Of a stretch of 64,000 nucleotides of DNA, positions 34,262-47,319 are shown piece after piece. Each line of letters starts with the position of its first letter. Position 1 is the stretch's first letter. Both the position numbers and the translations under genes were made by a program. The stretch is from Hyalangium minutum (GTDB lineage Bacteria > Myxococcota > Myxococcia > Myxococcales > Myxococcaceae). The stretch is from assembly GCF_000737315.1 (NCBI RefSeq), contig NZ_JMCB01000010.1, positions 261,942 to 325,941 of the forward strand, in the 5' to 3' direction. The notes under the pieces were generated by a model. It did no database searches, was not told the origin of the DNA, and worked only from the letters and a program-made list of their open reading frames with translations.

Positions 34262-34316
34262 AACTGCGGGCTAGACCTACGCGCGCGGAGCCCATTGTGT
34301 CAAGGACGTTGGGGGA

Positions 34317-35693
34317 TCAGGCGGCCCGGGCCTCGGGGAGGCGCAACGTCTGGAGCTTCTCGGCCAAGAGGAAGGCGAGTTGGAGCGCCTGATCCGCGTT
34401 GAGGCGCGGATCGCAGTGGGTGTGGTAGCGGCTGGACAGGTCGTCCTCGGTCACCGCCTGGGCTCCTCCGAGGCACTCGGTGACATTCTGCCCGGTCATC
34501 TCGAGGTGGATGCCTCCCGGGTGGACGCCCTCCGCGGCGGCGACCTGGATGAAGGTCCTCACCTCCGTGAGGATGCGGTCGAAGGGCCGGGTCTTGTAGC
34601 CGTTGCCCGCCTTGAGCGTGTTGCCGTGCATCGGATCGATGGACCAGATGACGGAGCGTCCATCGCGCCGGGTCGCGTCCATCAGCCGAGGCAGACAATC
34701 GGCGGCCTTGTCCGCGCCGAAGCGGCCAATGATCGTCAGCCGCCCGGGGATGCTCTCGGGGTTGAGCCGATCGATCAACCGCAGCAGATCATCCGGCTCC
34801 ATCGAGGGGCCGCACTTGAGGCCAATGGGGTTCTTGATGCCGCGCATGAACTCCACGTGGCCGCCGTCGATCTGGCGGGTGCGCTCGCCAATCCACAGCG
34901 TGTGCGCGGACATGTCGTACCAGTCCCCCGTGTCCGGATCGGCGCGGGTCATGACCTCCTCGACGTTCAAGAGGAGGGCCTCGTGGCTGGTGAAGAAGTC
35001 CACCTGGCTCAAGGCGTTCGCCTGCTCCGTGTTCATGCTGAGGGCGCGCATGAAGCAGAGGGACTCGAAGATCTGATCCGCCAGCTGGCGGTAGCGATCC
35101 CCCTGCGGGCTCCCGGCGATGAAGCCGAGCATCCACTGATGGATGTTGCAGAGGTCCGCATAGCCCCCCTGCGAGAGGGAGCGCAGCAGGTTCAGCGTCT
35201 CCGAGGACTGGTGATAGGCCCTCAGGAGGCGCTTCGGATCCGGCGTGCGCTCGTGGGGAGCGAAGTCCATGCCGTTGATGATGTCGCCGCGATAAGACGG
35301 CAGTGTCACGCCGCCCTGGGTCTCCAGCGGGCTGGAGCGCGGCTTGGCGAACTGGCCGGCGATCCGGCCGACCTTCACCACCGGACGTCCCCCCGCGAAG
35401 GTGAGCACCACCGCCATCTGGAGGATGAGCCGGAAGGTGTCGCGGATGTTGTCGAGGGTGAACTCCTTGAAGCTCTCCGCGCAGTCACCGCCTTGCAGCA
35501 AGAACGCCTTGCCCTCGGCGACCTGGCCGAGCGCGGACGACAAGCGGCGGACCTCGGAGGCGGTCACGAGCGGAGGCAGGTGCGACAGCTCTTCCTCCGT
35601 GCGGGCGAGCGCGCGGGGGTCGGGATAATCCTCTGGGAGCTGTTGGACGGGACGGGCTCGCCAAGACTGGGGGGTCCAAGCTCGGGGCATCAT
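34317..35693 (-). CDS. Class II DAHP synthase (AroAA5-like, cluster-dedicated)
   Basis: [65 protein letters not shown]. Confidence 0.95.
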   Translation of the reverse strand: MMPRAWTPQSWRARPVQQLPEDYPDPRALARTEEELSHLPPLVTASEVRRLSSALGQVAEGKAFLLQGGDCAESFKEFTLDNIRDTFRLILQMAVVLTFAGGRPVVKVGRIAGQFAKPRSSPLETQGGVTLPSYRGDIINGMDFAPHERTPDPKRLLRAYHQSSETLNLLRSLSQGGYADLCNIHQWMLGFIAGSPQGDRYRQLADQIFESLCFMRALSMNTEQANALSQVDFFTSHEALLLNVEEVMTRADPDTGDWYDMSAHTLWIGERTRQIDGGHVEFMRGIKNPIGLKCGPSMEPDDLLRLIDRLNPESIPGRLTIIGRFGADKAADCLPRLMDATRRDGRSVIWSIDPMHGNTLKAGNGYKTRPFDRILTEVRTFIQVAAAEGVHPGGIHLEMTGQNVTECLGGAQAVTEDDLSSRYHTHCDPRLNADQALQLAFLLAEKLQTLRLPEARAA

Positions 35694-38600
35694 GGCTTAT
35701 CCTCTGCTTCGCGACGGAGGGCGGAGGGCTTGGGCAGCAGGCCCTGCTCTACGCAGGTGTCCAGGTAACGATACAGCAGTTGGCGATCCGTCGGGGGGCA
35801 CGTGATGCCGCTGCCCCCCAGCGCCTGGGTGATCCGCTCACAGCGGATACGGCCCAGGCCGAAGGTGGGCTCTGCCGAGCCCGCGCGTAGGTCGAAGAAC
35901 GCCAGGGTGGTGCGGTTGTCGGCGGTGCTCGCACCTTGCGCCAACCGGGCGCTCCATTCGGGGACGGGGCACAGCTCGACCGGGTAGCCATAGTCGCGGA
36001 CCCAGCCGAACAGCTCGGACAGCTTCACCTCGGCCGTGGGCGCGACGTTGAACACCCCCGAGGCCTGTGGCGTCAGCAGGAGCCGCACGAGCGCCCGCGC
36101 CACGAAGTCCACCGGCGTCCAGGTCTCTCCCACCTCGAGCTGAGGCAGTGCCCCGGCGGGGATTCCAGCCAGGAGGATGCGCCAGACCAGATCCTGCGTG
36201 TTGACGAGGCCCGTGCCAGGAGCGCCCACGACGCGGCCCAGCCTGTAGACGGAGACGGGCAGGCCTCGCTCAGCGGCTTGTTGGACCAGCCGCTCCGCGA
36301 TCCACTTGCTCTGCTGATAGCCGTCTCGGAGCCCCAGGTGGTGTGGAACGAACTCCTCGGGGACCTCGGGGCTGAGGTTCGCCTGGGGGGCCACCGCCAG
36401 CGTCGAGACGTAGTGCAGAGGCTTGATGTGAACGGCCGCGGCCAGCCGCAGAAGCTCGCGCGTCCCTCGAACATTCACCGCCTGCAGGCTGCCGTACTCG
36501 CGCACGACGCTGACCACGGCGGCGTTGTGGAGGATCGCATCACACTCGGCGGCCAGCTGATGGAACCGCGCGGTCCCCAGTCCCAGCCATGGCTGCGTCA
36601 GGTCCGCCGGGAGCGCCAGCACCCGCTGGGCGAGTCCTTCTGGAGAGAGTCCCTGCCCCGCCAGCGCCGAGCGAAGCCGCTCCATGGCCTGGGCCTCGTC
36701 CTGAGCGCGGACCAGACAGACCACGTGCGCCTCGGTCTGGCGCAGGAGCTGATCCAGCAGATGCGCGCCAACGAAGCCGGTGGCACCGGTGAGCAGCACG
36801 TGCCGCGGAGCCGCTCGCGTCCTGGGCTCTGCGGCGCGTGGCCCTCGGCTCTCGGGATCCTGAGGGCCCCCCTGGAGCTTCGGAACCACTTCCTCAGGCA
36901 GCTCGGCGTCCGCGAGCATGGCCGGGGTGAGCCCGCCACTCCCCTCCCCTGCCACCGCGCCCTGCCCCAAGGCCTGGGCCAGCCCTGCGGCTGTCGGGTA
37001 GCGAAACACCGTGGCAACGGGAACCTCACGGCCCAGTGCAATCGAGAGCCTGTTGGCCACCTGGATGGTCTGCAGCGACTGCCCGCCCAGCTCGAAGAAG
37101 TCGTCTTGGGCCGATACAGCGCTCACCCCGAGGACTTGCTCCCAGACTCGCAGCACCACGTGCTCGAGCTCGGTGGCGGCGCCTGACTGAACCTCCTCTT
37201 CCACGGGAAGGGACCGGCGCAGCGTGCCCCGATCGATCTTGCCTGTCGGAGTCCGAGGCAACTGCTCCGCGAAGATGAAGTGGCCCGGTACCATGGGCGC
37301 AGGAAGCGCCGCGAGCAGATACCGGCGGAGTTCCGCCGCCGTGGGAGCAGGCACCACGGGGACGACGTGGGCACACAGCCGCCGAGTCCCACTCGGGAGC
37401 ACCTGTCCAACCACAGCCGCTTCGAACACTCCAGGGTGACCCAGCAGCACGGTCTCGACCTCAGCGGGATCGATCCGGTGACCGCTGATCTTGAACTCGT
37501 CGTCGACCCGTCCCGCGAACACCAGCTGCCCGTCCTCACTCAGCCGGGCCCGGTCTCCGGTGCGGTACGCGCGGGGACGGCCGGGCAAGGACTCAAGCGT
37601 CACGAAGCGCGCGGCGTCCAGCTCTGGACGCCCCAGATAGCCTCGGGCAAGGGCTCCTCCGGCCAGGTACAGCTCCCCCTCGGAGCCTGGAGCCGCAGGC
37701 ACTCCACGCCCATCCAGGAGCACGGCCTGCACACCCGGCAGCGGTCGGCCGATGGGCACTTCCTCTCCCGAGTTCCCTGCGACGGGGCCACCACTGAGCG
37801 TCGCGACCGTCGCGACCACGGTCGCTTCGGTAGGCCCGTAGGTGTTGAGCAGCAGCACCTCGGGTCCAACGGAGGCCCGCCAGCGAGCCACGCGCTCCGG
37901 CAACGCGGCCTCCCCTCCGATGATGACCAGGCGAAGAGAAGAAGGCAGCTTGGCCACTCCCGTCGAGACGCTGTAGGCCACCTCGTGCCAGAACGCCGTG
38001 GGCAGATCGAGGACGGTGACGCCCCGCTCCACGCAGGCTTCCATCAGCCTCGGCACGGACTGGAGCATCTCATCGGTGCGCACCACCAGCTTCGCGCCCA
38101 CGCAGAGGGTCAGGAAGATCTCCTCGACGCTGGCATCGAAGTGCAGCGGTGCGAACTGCAGCACCCGATCCTCACGGCTGAAGCTGTAACGCTGCGTCGC
38201 CCCCGCCACGAAGTGGGCCAGCGCGCCGCGGGAGATTTGCACCCCGTTCGGCTGCCCAGTCGATCCAGAGGTGTAGATGACATAGGCCAGTTGCTCGTCC
38301 GTCGGCCGCGCGGCAGGAGGCTTTTGAGAGGCCGCCTCATTCTTCCGCACGGAGAGGTGGACACCGTCCGCCTCCTGAGTGGAGGAGATGATCAGCTCAG
38401 GCGCGGCATCCGCGAGAATCGCCGCGTTCCTGGGCGTGGGCCCCAGCGGATCCATCGGAAGGTATCCGGCCCCGGAGAACAGCACCCCGAGACTCGCCAC
38501 GATCGCATCGATGCCCCGCGGCACCATCACCGCAACGAGCGTGTCGGGCCGCACACCCGCCTCGACGAGCCGGTCCGCCAACGCGCGTGCGGACTGGATG

Positions 38601-40072
38601 AGCTCGCGATAGGTCAGCCGCTGGGAGCCGTGCTCCACTGCGATCACCTCGGGTTGTTCGAGGGCTCGCTCCGAGAGCAGCTCCACCACGGGCCGCGCGG
38701 GTACGGGAAGAGGACCACCATCGAGCGCGGCGAGAACACGCTGGGCACGAGCCTCCTCCGCGGGCGCATTCGTCGCTCTGGCCTGCCGGATGGCCTTCTC
38801 GGGAGCGTCCGTCAGCGCCCCCAGGAGCTGGAGGAACTCGTGCTGGAGCGTGTCCAGCTCATCGGCGCGATAGCAGGCGGGGTTGGCATCGAAGTCGATC
38901 CGCATCCCGCTTCCATCCGACCGGGGATACAGCCCGATCGAGAGGTCCTCGACAGGCCCCGCGGAGATGTTGTGCGACACGGCTGGCATGCCCGCGAAGC
39001 GCAGCGCATGGTCGAACGGCATGATGTTGACCACGGGGCCGAACAGCCGGCGCTGCCCGCCCACCAGGCGAAGATCGCGGCGGAGCTGCTCGTAGCGGTA
39101 GCGCAGGTGGGGCCGGATGGCGCGAAGCTCCGCAGCCACTCCACGCGCCACCTCGAGCAACCCCGCCTCGGGCTGAACCCGCACGCGCAGCGGCACGATG
39201 TTCATCGCCATGCACGGCACGCGCAGCGCGGCCGAGCCCAGCCGCGACATGACCGGCAGGCCGAGCACCACCTCCGGTGCCTGCGTCCGCTGGTGCAGCC
39301 ACGCTGCCGTGGCCGCGAGCACGAGGTCGGACCAGCTCAGCCCCGCCCGGGCCGCGGTCGCCTTCAGACGATCCATCTCCTCGAGCGGCAGGGGACGCGT
39401 CTGGCGCACGAAGCGGGCCGACATGGGGGCGGGCGCGGCCAGGCTCACCGGGGTGAGCCGGTCAGCGAAGCGCTCCATCCAGAAGGCGCGGTCGAGCGCG
39501 CATTGCGGTCCGGCGGCATACGCCGCGTCCTCGTCGAGCACGGCGCGCAGAGAACCAAAGCCCCCGGCCACGGGGCGGCCAGAGGCCAGCGCGGTGTAGA
39601 GCTCGGCCACGCGGCGCGACAGGAGCGAGAAGCCATAGCCATCCAGCGCGATGTGATGGACGCGCTGGTACCAGAAGAAGCGATCAGGAGCCGCCTGGAG
39701 CAGCGCCTGGACAAACAGCGGGCCGCGGCTCAGCTCGACGGGCCACGAGAGGTCTTCCCTCATCCAGTCCTGCGCGGCCTGCCACGGCTCGGGCGTGCCA
39801 CGGAGATCGACGGCCTGGAGCATCCACTCCTGCGCAGGCGCGAGGATCTGCCGGGGGCCGTCCTCACCGGGAATGAAGCGCGCGTGGAGCGCCTCGGCCT
39901 CTCTCACGGCCTGCCGCAGGGCGGACTCGAACAGGGCCCGGTCCACGGGGCCCCGGATCTCGATGCACTCCGCGGCGTTGTACACGGCGCTGTGGCGGTC
40001 GAGCTGCTGGCCGAGCCAGATTCCGTGCTGGGCCGCCGACAGCGGCAAGGGAGCTTCTCGTGACGCGTGCAT
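35690..40072 (-). CDS. mxcG: Myxochelin NRPS (C-A-PCP-R)
   Basis: C domain HHIALDG; A domain [11 protein letters not shown] and NTYGPTE, with hand-read specificity residues D-A-E-D-I-G-T-V-V consistent with Lys; PCP GGQS; reductase [10 protein letters not shown]...YQQSK; start at TAATG overlap. Confidence 0.93.
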   Translation of the reverse strand: MHASREAPLPLSAAQHGIWLGQQLDRHSAVYNAAECIEIRGPVDRALFESALRQAVREAEALHARFIPGEDGPRQILAPAQEWMLQAVDLRGTPEPWQAAQDWMREDLSWPVELSRGPLFVQALLQAAPDRFFWYQRVHHIALDGYGFSLLSRRVAELYTALASGRPVAGGFGSLRAVLDEDAAYAAGPQCALDRAFWMERFADRLTPVSLAAPAPMSARFVRQTRPLPLEEMDRLKATAARAGLSWSDLVLAATAAWLHQRTQAPEVVLGLPVMSRLGSAALRVPCMAMNIVPLRVRVQPEAGLLEVARGVAAELRAIRPHLRYRYEQLRRDLRLVGGQRRLFGPVVNIMPFDHALRFAGMPAVSHNISAGPVEDLSIGLYPRSDGSGMRIDFDANPACYRADELDTLQHEFLQLLGALTDAPEKAIRQARATNAPAEEARAQRVLAALDGGPLPVPARPVVELLSERALEQPEVIAVEHGSQRLTYRELIQSARALADRLVEAGVRPDTLVAVMVPRGIDAIVASLGVLFSGAGYLPMDPLGPTPRNAAILADAAPELIISSTQEADGVHLSVRKNEAASQKPPAARPTDEQLAYVIYTSGSTGQPNGVQISRGALAHFVAGATQRYSFSREDRVLQFAPLHFDASVEEIFLTLCVGAKLVVRTDEMLQSVPRLMEACVERGVTVLDLPTAFWHEVAYSVSTGVAKLPSSLRLVIIGGEAALPERVARWRASVGPEVLLLNTYGPTEATVVATVATLSGGPVAGNSGEEVPIGRPLPGVQAVLLDGRGVPAAPGSEGELYLAGGALARGYLGRPELDAARFVTLESLPGRPRAYRTGDRARLSEDGQLVFAGRVDDEFKISGHRIDPAEVETVLLGHPGVFEAAVVGQVLPSGTRRLCAHVVPVVPAPTAAELRRYLLAALPAPMVPGHFIFAEQLPRTPTGKIDRGTLRRSLPVEEEVQSGAATELEHVVLRVWEQVLGVSAVSAQDDFFELGGQSLQTIQVANRLSIALGREVPVATVFRYPTAAGLAQALGQGAVAGEGSGGLTPAMLADAELPEEVVPKLQGGPQDPESRGPRAAEPRTRAAPRHVLLTGATGFVGAHLLDQLLRQTEAHVVCLVRAQDEAQAMERLRSALAGQGLSPEGLAQRVLALPADLTQPWLGLGTARFHQLAAECDAILHNAAVVSVVREYGSLQAVNVRGTRELLRLAAAVHIKPLHYVSTLAVAPQANLSPEVPEEFVPHHLGLRDGYQQSKWIAERLVQQAAERGLPVSVYRLGRVVGAPGTGLVNTQDLVWRILLAGIPAGALPQLEVGETWTPVDFVARALVRLLLTPQASGVFNVAPTAEVKLSELFGWVRDYGYPVELCPVPEWSARLAQGASTADNRTTLAFFDLRAGSAEPTFGLGRIRCERITQALGGSGITCPPTDRQLLYRYLDTCVEQGLLPKPSALRREAEDKP

Positions 40073-40977
40073 TACTCGCGCGCTCCGGCAGGAAGAGAGC
40101 CCACCGCGCCGGAGCACACCATCGCGTACCAGTGGGTCAGCGTCGGGCGCTCGGCCAGCTCCACGAAGGAGATCTCGGCACCGGCGCTCCGCCAGCGCTC
40201 GATCAGGCTCATGAGCCGGATCGAGTCGAGCCCCCGCTCGAGCAGGTTGTCGTCATCCCCGAGCACCAACGAAGGCTCGGCCAGCACCTCGGCGACATCC
40301 GCGCGCAGCTGCTGGCGGCTCAATCCGCTCTGCACGGCGGCGGGCCCCAGCATCTCGATGAGCCGCTGTGTCGTCGTGGTGACCGCGCACAACTGCGAGG
40401 CATAGGTCAGCGCCATCTGGTGGTGGTTCAAGGAGAAGTCCGCCAGCGCATCGGCGACGAGGAACGGCTGCACATCGCTCATGAAGGCATCGCTGGCCGT
40501 CTGGAGGCAGCCGATGTGGGCGTAGATGCCGCAGATGATGAGCTGATCGCGTCCCTGCTGGCGGAGCACGTCCATCAGCTCGGTCTTCCGGAACGCGCTG
40601 TAGCGCCACTTGGTGAGGAGGATGTCATTCGCGCCGGGAGTCAGGTCCTCGACGATCTGCTTCTGCTGGTTCTCCGCCTTCACACCGGGTCCCCAGAAAT
40701 CCCTCAGGAGGCCGCGCTGCTCCGGGGTCTGCCCCCCAGGCTGGGCCGAGTACACCACCGGAATTCCCAGCGCGGTGCAGTGCTGGCGCAGCTGCCGGAT
40801 GTTCGCCACCAGCTCCGTCACCGGAGACTCGCCGCGGGTAAAGGCCTCCACGAAGTAGCGCTGCATGTCGTGGATCAGCAGCGCCGCGCGCCGAGGCTCG
40901 GGCGTCCAGGACACCTTGTTCCTGGGCAGGTCGGCGGCGCTGGGCATGGGATAGGGTGCAATGGAGGGAAGTGCCAT
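40072..40977 (-). CDS. mxcF: Isochorismatase + aryl carrier protein (EntB/DhbB-like)
   Basis: [26 protein letters not shown]; Ar[10 protein letters not shown]. Confidence 0.95.
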   Translation of the reverse strand: MALPSIAPYPMPSAADLPRNKVSWTPEPRRAALLIHDMQRYFVEAFTRGESPVTELVANIRQLRQHCTALGIPVVYSAQPGGQTPEQRGLLRDFWGPGVKAENQQKQIVEDLTPGANDILLTKWRYSAFRKTELMDVLRQQGRDQLIICGIYAHIGCLQTASDAFMSDVQPFLVADALADFSLNHHQMALTYASQLCAVTTTTQRLIEMLGPAAVQSGLSRQQLRADVAEVLAEPSLVLGDDDNLLERGLDSIRLMSLIERWRSAGAEISFVELAERPTLTHWYAMVCSGAVGSLPAGARE

Positions 40978-40991
40978 GATGGAAAGTCCTG

Positions 40992-42656
40992 TCACCGAAG
41001 AGAGGGGGAAGCCGTGTTTCGAGTAGAAGAGACGAGCGCCTCGCGGAGGGCCTTCTTGCTGACTTTTCCGACGGCGGTCTGCGGGAACGCGGGGACGAAC
41101 TCGACGCGATCCGGAATCTTGTAGGCCGCGAGCCCTCGCTCCCGGAGGAACGCGGTGAGCACGTTTGCGGCCGGCGGCGCGCCCCGAGAGATGACGAAGG
41201 CACAGGTGCGCTCGCCGAGGAAGGCATCCGGCAGCGCCACCACCGCCGCATCCTGCACGGTGGGATGAGCCAGCAGGTGGTTCTCGACCTCCTCCGCGGC
41301 GACCTTCTCACCGCCTCGGTTGATCTGATCCTTGGCGCGACCCTCGACCACCAAGTAGCCCTCTGGCGTCACCCGGACCAAGTCGCCCGTGCAGTAGAAC
41401 CCATCGTCCGTGAAGACGCGCGCGTTGTGGGCCTCGGCGTTGTAGTAGCCGCGAATGGTGTAGGGACCCCGCGTCAGGAGCTGGCCGACCTCCCCCGGAG
41501 CCACCTCGTGGCCGTCCTCGTCCACCACCCGGATCTCATCGTCGCGAGAGATGGGCCGGCCCTGGGTGGTGACGATGAGCTCCTCGGAGTCATCCAGCCG
41601 GGTGTAGTTCACCAGTCCCTCGGCCATTCCGTAGACCTGCTGCAGCGTGCAGCCCAGCGTGGGCTTCACGCGCCGGGCCACCTCGGTGCTGAGCCGAGCC
41701 CCGCCCACCTGCAGCACGCGCAGGCTCGACAAGTCATGGCGCTTGGCCTTGGCGGCCTCCAGCCAGACCATCGCCAGCGGAGGCACCAGCGCGGTGATCG
41801 TGACGCGCTCCCGCTCGATCAGCGGGAAAGCCTCTTCGGGGCTGGGGTGCGGCGCCAGCACGACCGTGCCCCCCGCGTACAGCGTGCCCAGGGAGCCCGG
41901 CGAGCTCATCGGGAAGTTGTGCGCGGCGGGCAGCGCGCAGAGGTACACGCTCGACTCATCGAGCTGGCAGATCTCGGCGCTCGCGCGAACGCTATAGATG
42001 TAGTCATCGTGGGTGCGCGGAATGAGCTTGGGCGCCCCCGTGCTCCCGCCCGACAACTGGAAGAACGCCACGTCGCTGGGCTGCGGCTCCGGGGGCGCGA
42101 CCGGCGAGGCCTCATACAGCTCGCGAAGCGAGAGGAACGGGCCCGGATCTCCTGCGACGATCACCTTTCGCAGGGTTGGCACCTTCCCTAGCATCTGGCC
42201 GGCCAGCGTGCGGTAGTCGAAGCCCGCGTGCTTGTCCGGGATGATGTAGGCGGCCGCCTCGGTGAACTCGCAGAAGTAGCCAATCTCGGCGCTGCGATGC
42301 GCGGGCAGGGCGAACACCGGCAGCGCCCCCAGCCGGAACAGCGCGAAGCACACCTCGTAGAAGGCAGCAACGTTCGGCAGCTGCACCACCACGCGCTCCC
42401 GAGGCCGGATGCCCAGCGCCCAGAAGCCAGCGGCCAGCCGCTCGGCTCGAGCGTCCAGCTCGCGGTAGCTCCACCGCTCCTTGCCAGCCACGAGCGCCGT
42501 GCGCTCACCGTGGCGCAGCGCCCGCTCGCGCAGCATCTGCCCGAAGGTCTCCCCTCTCCAGTAGCCCGCCTGCCGGTAGCGTGCGGCGAACGCCTCGGGC
42601 CAGGAGGGACAGCCTGGGAGCGGAGCTTCTCCTTTCAGAGGGAGGGCGGCGCTCAC
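40992..42656 (-). CDS. mxcE: 2,3-dihydroxybenzoate-AMP ligase (EntE/DhbE-like)
   Basis: [48 protein letters not shown]. Confidence 0.96.
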   Translation of the reverse strand: MSAALPLKGEAPLPGCPSWPEAFAARYRQAGYWRGETFGQMLRERALRHGERTALVAGKERWSYRELDARAERLAAGFWALGIRPRERVVVQLPNVAAFYEVCFALFRLGALPVFALPAHRSAEIGYFCEFTEAAAYIIPDKHAGFDYRTLAGQMLGKVPTLRKVIVAGDPGPFLSLRELYEASPVAPPEPQPSDVAFFQLSGGSTGAPKLIPRTHDDYIYSVRASAEICQLDESSVYLCALPAAHNFPMSSPGSLGTLYAGGTVVLAPHPSPEEAFPLIERERVTITALVPPLAMVWLEAAKAKRHDLSSLRVLQVGGARLSTEVARRVKPTLGCTLQQVYGMAEGLVNYTRLDDSEELIVTTQGRPISRDDEIRVVDEDGHEVAPGEVGQLLTRGPYTIRGYYNAEAHNARVFTDDGFYCTGDLVRVTPEGYLVVEGRAKDQINRGGEKVAAEEVENHLLAHPTVQDAAVVALPDAFLGERTCAFVISRGAPPAANVLTAFLRERGLAAYKIPDRVEFVPAFPQTAVGKVSKKALREALVSSTRNTASPSLR

Positions 42657-43879
42657 GGCTGCGCCTCCACACCCTGCCCCAGCCCCATCGCCTGGAGCAT
42701 GGTACGGAACTTGGCCTCGGTCTCCGCCAGCTCGGACTCGGGCTTCGAGCCGGCCACGATCCCCGCTCCCGCGAACAGCCGCAGCGAGTTCTCATCGGCC
42801 TCCGCGCACCGGATGGTCACGGCCCACTGCCCGTCCCCGTTCGCGTCGCACCAGCCCACGGTGCCCGTGTAGAAGCCCCGCTCGAAGGGCTCGATCGCGT
42901 CAATGGTCTCCTGGGCCAGCTCGGTCGGGTGACCACACACCGCAGGCGTGGGATGCAGCGCCACGGCCAGGGTGAGCGAGGAGATCGACGGGTCCGCCAG
43001 CTCGCCGGTGATCCGGCTCGACAGGTGCCACATCGTCGCCGTGCTGACGAGCGACGGCCCCGCCGGCACCACCAGGTTCTTGCAGTACGGCCGCATGGCC
43101 TCCACGACCGCCTCGATCACGACGGCGTGCTCGTGAAGATCCTTGGGCGACTTCAACAGGGCGGCGGCCCGGGCCTGATCCTCGCTCGGGTCCGCGCTGC
43201 GCGCCGCCGAACCCGCCAGCGGATTGGCAAGCGCCTGCAGCCCGTTCCGCGAGACCAGCAGCTCGGGGCTGGCGCCGATCAGCGTGCGGCCCCCTGTCCC
43301 ACCCGCCTCGGCAAGCTGCGGAGGCAGGTCCACCGCGAAGGTGTAGCCGGTGGGGTTGCGCTGAGCCAGGTTGCGCAGCAGCTGTCGCAAGTCGATCGGA
43401 GCAGCGGCGCGAAGGTGCAGCGACCGGGACAGAACCACCTTGCGCAGCGGCCCGTGCTCCATCAACTTCAAGGCCCGCGCCACGCCATTCAGGTAAGCCG
43501 CTGGCTCGGGAACAGGCCGCACCGTGTACCGAGACACCGGCGCGAGGTGCGGGACAGCCCCCGGCTCGAACACCAGCGGTCCGGCCCGCTGAATGGTCTG
43601 CGGCACCACCAGCTGGGCGGAGATCCTTCCGTCGAAAGGCACGGCTCCGACCGCCACCGGAATGTCATGGTCGGCCTGACGCGCCTCGTGGAGCACCGCC
43701 GCCACGCGCTCGGGCAGCCGCGACAGCGAGTCCGTGCCGCCCGGGTGGGGCACGGTGGCAAACGTCCCCCGCGCCAGCAGTGTGCGCCGGGGCGACGCAA
43801 AGAAGAAGGACGAACCCGGCTCGTAGCTCTCGAGCAACTGCGCAGCCAGCTTCTGGGATCCCATCGCACGTTCGATCAT
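42653..43879 (-). CDS. mxcD: Isochorismate synthase (EntC/DhbC-like)
   Basis: [44 protein letters not shown]; start reassigned to MIERAM (RBS GAGGTG). Confidence 0.95.
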   Translation of the reverse strand: MIERAMGSQKLAAQLLESYEPGSSFFFASPRRTLLARGTFATVPHPGGTDSLSRLPERVAAVLHEARQADHDIPVAVGAVPFDGRISAQLVVPQTIQRAGPLVFEPGAVPHLAPVSRYTVRPVPEPAAYLNGVARALKLMEHGPLRKVVLSRSLHLRAAAPIDLRQLLRNLAQRNPTGYTFAVDLPPQLAEAGGTGGRTLIGASPELLVSRNGLQALANPLAGSAARSADPSEDQARAAALLKSPKDLHEHAVVIEAVVEAMRPYCKNLVVPAGPSLVSTATMWHLSSRITGELADPSISSLTLAVALHPTPAVCGHPTELAQETIDAIEPFERGFYTGTVGWCDANGDGQWAVTIRCAEADENSLRLFAGAGIVAGSKPESELAETEAKFRTMLQAMGLGQGVEAQP

Positions 43880-43899
43880 CGGCAGCACCTCATGACTCT

Positions 43900-43918
43900 G
43901 ATTTTGATAACCATTCTC
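43900..43918. promoter_or_regulatory. Internal Fur box between mxcC and mxcD
   Basis: GATTTTGATAACCATTCTC, 15/19 match to the Fur consensus, in a 41-bp intergenic gap. Confidence 0.7.
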
Positions 43919-43920
43919 AA

Positions 43921-44694
43921 CTAAACGCCGAGCGTCGCCCCGCCATCGACATAGAGGTCGTGCAGGGTGATGTGGCGCGCGCGCTCGGAGACGAGGAAGG
44001 ACACGGCCTCGGCGACATCCTCGGGCGTGGCGATGCGGCGCAGCGGGATGCCCACCTTGAAGGTCTCGGGGGAGCCCGCGATCACCGCCTGGGCTCCGTT
44101 CTCGTCGGCCCACAAGGCGCGCTGCATGGCCGTGTCGGTCGAGCCGGGAGACACCACGTTGCAGCGGATGTTGTACTGGGCCAGCTCGAGCCCCAGGCAC
44201 TTGGTGAACATGGTGGAGGCGGCCTTGGACGCGGCGTAGGCGGCCATCTGCATCCGCGGCGTTCCGGCGGCGTTCGAACCCACGGTGACGATCACCCCGC
44301 TCCGGCGCGGCACCATGCGCCGGGCCACCGCGCGCGACATGTGGAAGACCCCGTGGGTGTTCACCGCGAAGGTGGCGGCCCAGTCTTCGTCGCTGAACGA
44401 CACGACCGGTCCGGTCCGCAGCACTCCGGCCACGTTGACCAGGATGCCGATGGGTCCCAGCTCTCGCTCGACCGTCTCCACCACTCGCTCGACTGCGGCG
44501 CTGTCACCCACATTGGCCGCGAAGGCCGCGGCACGAGCCCCCCGCTCGCGCAGCTCGGCAGCCAGCGCCGCCACCTTCCCCTCTTGGAGATCGACCGCCG
44601 CGATCATCGAGTCGGCGGCCAGCACCCGTGCCACCGCCGCACCAATTCCCTGCGCGGCCCCGGTCACCAGGGCCACCTTCTGGCTGCTTGCCAT
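43921..44694 (-). CDS. mxcC: 2,3-dihydro-2,3-dihydroxybenzoate dehydrogenase (EntA/DhbA-like SDR)
   Basis: [47 protein letters not shown]. Confidence 0.96.
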   Translation of the reverse strand: MASSQKVALVTGAAQGIGAAVARVLAADSMIAAVDLQEGKVAALAAELRERGARAAAFAANVGDSAAVERVVETVERELGPIGILVNVAGVLRTGPVVSFSDEDWAATFAVNTHGVFHMSRAVARRMVPRRSGVIVTVGSNAAGTPRMQMAAYAASKAASTMFTKCLGLELAQYNIRCNVVSPGSTDTAMQRALWADENGAQAVIAGSPETFKVGIPLRRIATPEDVAEAVSFLVSERARHITLHDLYVDGGATLGV

Positions 44695-44709
44695 TGCCGT
44701 GCTCTCCGC

Positions 44710-45987
44710 TCAGGCCGCGCTGCCGCTCTTGTTGAGCGCGTGCAGCACTTCCTCGGCCATGTCGATCGTGTGATCGATCTGCTCTTGGGTGTGGGCCGCG
44801 CAGATGAAGTTGACGTCGCGGCGCAGGAGCACCCCGCGGCGAGCCATCCCCGCCTGGAACGGCTGCATCAGCTTGGCGTGCTCCGGGGGAGTCTTGGCGT
44901 AGTTGAAGAAGGGAATGGCGTCATAGCCACGCACGCGCAGCGGAGACCCCAGCTTCTCGGCCCGCTGATTGATGCCTTCACGCAGCCTCGCGCCCAGCGC
45001 GGCGATGCGCGAGATGTAGCCGCTCTGGCGGTACTCGGCGATCACGGCCTGGCACACCTCCAGCGACAGCATCTCTCCACCGAACGTGGTCGACACCTGC
45101 AGCTCATCGAGCCGGCGCAGGTGCTTCGCCGGACCGGCGATCGCCGACAGCGGCATCCCCGCGGCCAGGGCCTTGGACAAGCAGACGAAGTCAGCCTGCA
45201 CCCCGAAGAATTCCTGGGCTCCCCCCAGGCCCAGGCGGAAGCCGGTGACCACCTCGTCCAGCACCAGGAGCACCTCGTGGGCGGTGCAGGTGGCGCGGAC
45301 CTTCTGCATGAACTCACGGCTCAACACGCGGTTGTAGGGCACCGAGAGCAGCACCAGCGCGAGCTGCTTGGCGTTCTGCTCGATGGCGGCCAGCAGCGCG
45401 GCCTCGTCCGGCTCGGTGAAGAGCGGCAGGCGCATCGTGTGCTGGGCGAGCGCTGCGGGAACTCCCGGGGTGTCGAACATGAAGTGATCGTGCCAGCCGT
45501 TGTAGCCCACAGTGATGATGCGCTCCTTGCCCGTGAGGTGGCGCCCCAGCCGCACCGCGGCCGAGGTGGCATCCGCGCCCGTCTTGAAGAAGCGGGCCAT
45601 CTCCGCGCCGGGGATGACGTCCACGAGCGCGCGCACGGCGCTGACCTCGATCGGCGTGGGCAAGGAGTGAAGGACCCCCTCGTCCAGGTGGGCACGGATG
45701 GTCTCGACGACCGCGGGATGCTTATGGCCGAGCATGTTGGCGCCGAGCCCGGAGATGAAGTCGATGTACTCCTGGCCATCGGCATCCTCCACCAGCGCGC
45801 CCTGCCCCTTGACGACGAAGACCGGGAAGGCGCCGGGAGCAAACTGCTCCGGCCGCTTCATCATCGACTGGGTGACACCGGGAACCAGCCGCTTCGCTTC
45901 CTCCAGCAGCTGGTTGGAGCGCTCGAGCCGAATCTCGCCCTGGATGGGAATGGGGAGCGACGGGTGCTTTCGTGTAGGCGTATCCAT
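44710..45987 (-). CDS. mxcL: Class III PLP aminotransferase (myxochelin B formation)
   Basis: [38 protein letters not shown] (PLP Lys), TTFGG; cluster context. Confidence 0.88.
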   Translation of the reverse strand: MDTPTRKHPSLPIPIQGEIRLERSNQLLEEAKRLVPGVTQSMMKRPEQFAPGAFPVFVVKGQGALVEDADGQEYIDFISGLGANMLGHKHPAVVETIRAHLDEGVLHSLPTPIEVSAVRALVDVIPGAEMARFFKTGADATSAAVRLGRHLTGKERIITVGYNGWHDHFMFDTPGVPAALAQHTMRLPLFTEPDEAALLAAIEQNAKQLALVLLSVPYNRVLSREFMQKVRATCTAHEVLLVLDEVVTGFRLGLGGAQEFFGVQADFVCLSKALAAGMPLSAIAGPAKHLRRLDELQVSTTFGGEMLSLEVCQAVIAEYRQSGYISRIAALGARLREGINQRAEKLGSPLRVRGYDAIPFFNYAKTPPEHAKLMQPFQAGMARRGVLLRRDVNFICAAHTQEQIDHTIDMAEEVLHALNKSGSAA

Positions 45988-46027
45988 GGCAATTCCTTCT
46001 TCGTGAGAGAGGGAGGACAACGAACCG

Positions 46028-47260
46028 CTAGGGAACTGGAGCTTGGGCGGTACTCAGCGGGACGGCGTTCCGGCCGAACGCCCACAGTGTGCAGAGCGCG
46101 AGGAAGGCCACCGCGACCGCGGCCCACCCCACCTGCCCGAAACCGATCAGCGCGCCACCCGAGGCCGTCTCGAGCCATCGGCCGCTCACCCAGGCCGCGA
46201 GCCCCGAGGCGCCATCGCTCGCCGCCATGTTGATCGCCAGGTAGCGGCCTCGCAGCGAGGGTGGCACCCGCGCCGTCAGCAGCGCCAGGGTGGGAATCTG
46301 CCGGCCCGAGGTCAGGGTCATGAACAGGACGAAGAGGAGGATCACCACCGGCAGTGGAGATCGCGCCAGGTGCGAGAACACGAGGTACGGCACCACGGTG
46401 CCCACGAGCAGCGAGGCCAACACCTGGCTGGGGCCTCGGCGATCCACCCACTGGCCGATCATCCGCGAGCTCAGCAGCGTGGCCGCGCCGCCGCACAGGT
46501 AGACCCAGGGCAGCTCCGCCAGGCTCACGCCCAGGTTCCCCACCATGAAGGGGCTCAGATAGGGGATCAGCAAGAAGCCGGAGAACACCACCGCGAAGGT
46601 CAGGAGCCACCCAAGCGCCAGGCCCTGGGAGCCCACCGCCCAAGGCGAAGCGAAGCGGCTGTCTCCCCGCGGCGCCTTCAGGTGGGCATCCACCGTGGGC
46701 AGCGCCTTCAGCAGGCAGAGCCACACCCCACCCGCGAGCCCCCCCACCGCCCAGAATGGCGCGCGCCATCCCAGGAGGTGGGCGAGCCCCAGGCCCAGCG
46801 GAACTCCCGCCACCGCGGACAGGGCATACGCCGTCATCACCGTGCCGATGGCGCGGCCCCGGCGCTCCCCGGGCACCAGATCGCCAATGATGGCCATGGA
46901 GACGGCACCCATCAGCCCCGCGCAGGCCCCCGCCAACGCTCGGGCCAGCAGCAGCGCGGCATGGGAGCCCGACACTCCGCATGCCAGCGTGGCGGCGATG
47001 AACCCCGCATAGAGCAGCAACAGCGCGCGCTTCCGCTCGAAGCGATCCAGCCAGAATCCCCCCACCAGTCCCATCGCCGCCGAGGCCAGCGTGTACGCGG
47101 AGACCAGGGCCCCGAACTGCGAGGCCGTGAGCGCGAACCGCTGCATCAGCGCCGGCCCCAGGGGCATGACCATCATGAAGTCCAGCACGTGGCTGAACTG
47201 CACGGCGGCCAGCAGCAAGAGCCACTGCCGCTCCTGCTTTGGGGTGGAGGAGGCCGTCAT
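46028..47260 (-). CDS. mxcK: MFS exporter (myxochelin export)
   Basis: Multiple TM segments; WLDRFERKR MFS loop motif; start reassigned to MTASS at 47260. Confidence 0.88.
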   Translation of the reverse strand: MTASSTPKQERQWLLLLAAVQFSHVLDFMMVMPLGPALMQRFALTASQFGALVSAYTLASAAMGLVGGFWLDRFERKRALLLLYAGFIAATLACGVSGSHAALLLARALAGACAGLMGAVSMAIIGDLVPGERRGRAIGTVMTAYALSAVAGVPLGLGLAHLLGWRAPFWAVGGLAGGVWLCLLKALPTVDAHLKAPRGDSRFASPWAVGSQGLALGWLLTFAVVFSGFLLIPYLSPFMVGNLGVSLAELPWVYLCGGAATLLSSRMIGQWVDRRGPSQVLASLLVGTVVPYLVFSHLARSPLPVVILLFVLFMTLTSGRQIPTLALLTARVPPSLRGRYLAINMAASDGASGLAAWVSGRWLETASGGALIGFGQVGWAAVAVAFLALCTLWAFGRNAVPLSTAQAPVP

Positions 47261-47319
47261 ACGCCCTGCTCGGGGGATGCAACCGGGGCGCACCACGCTC
47301 GGAGGACGCGCTGGTTGTT

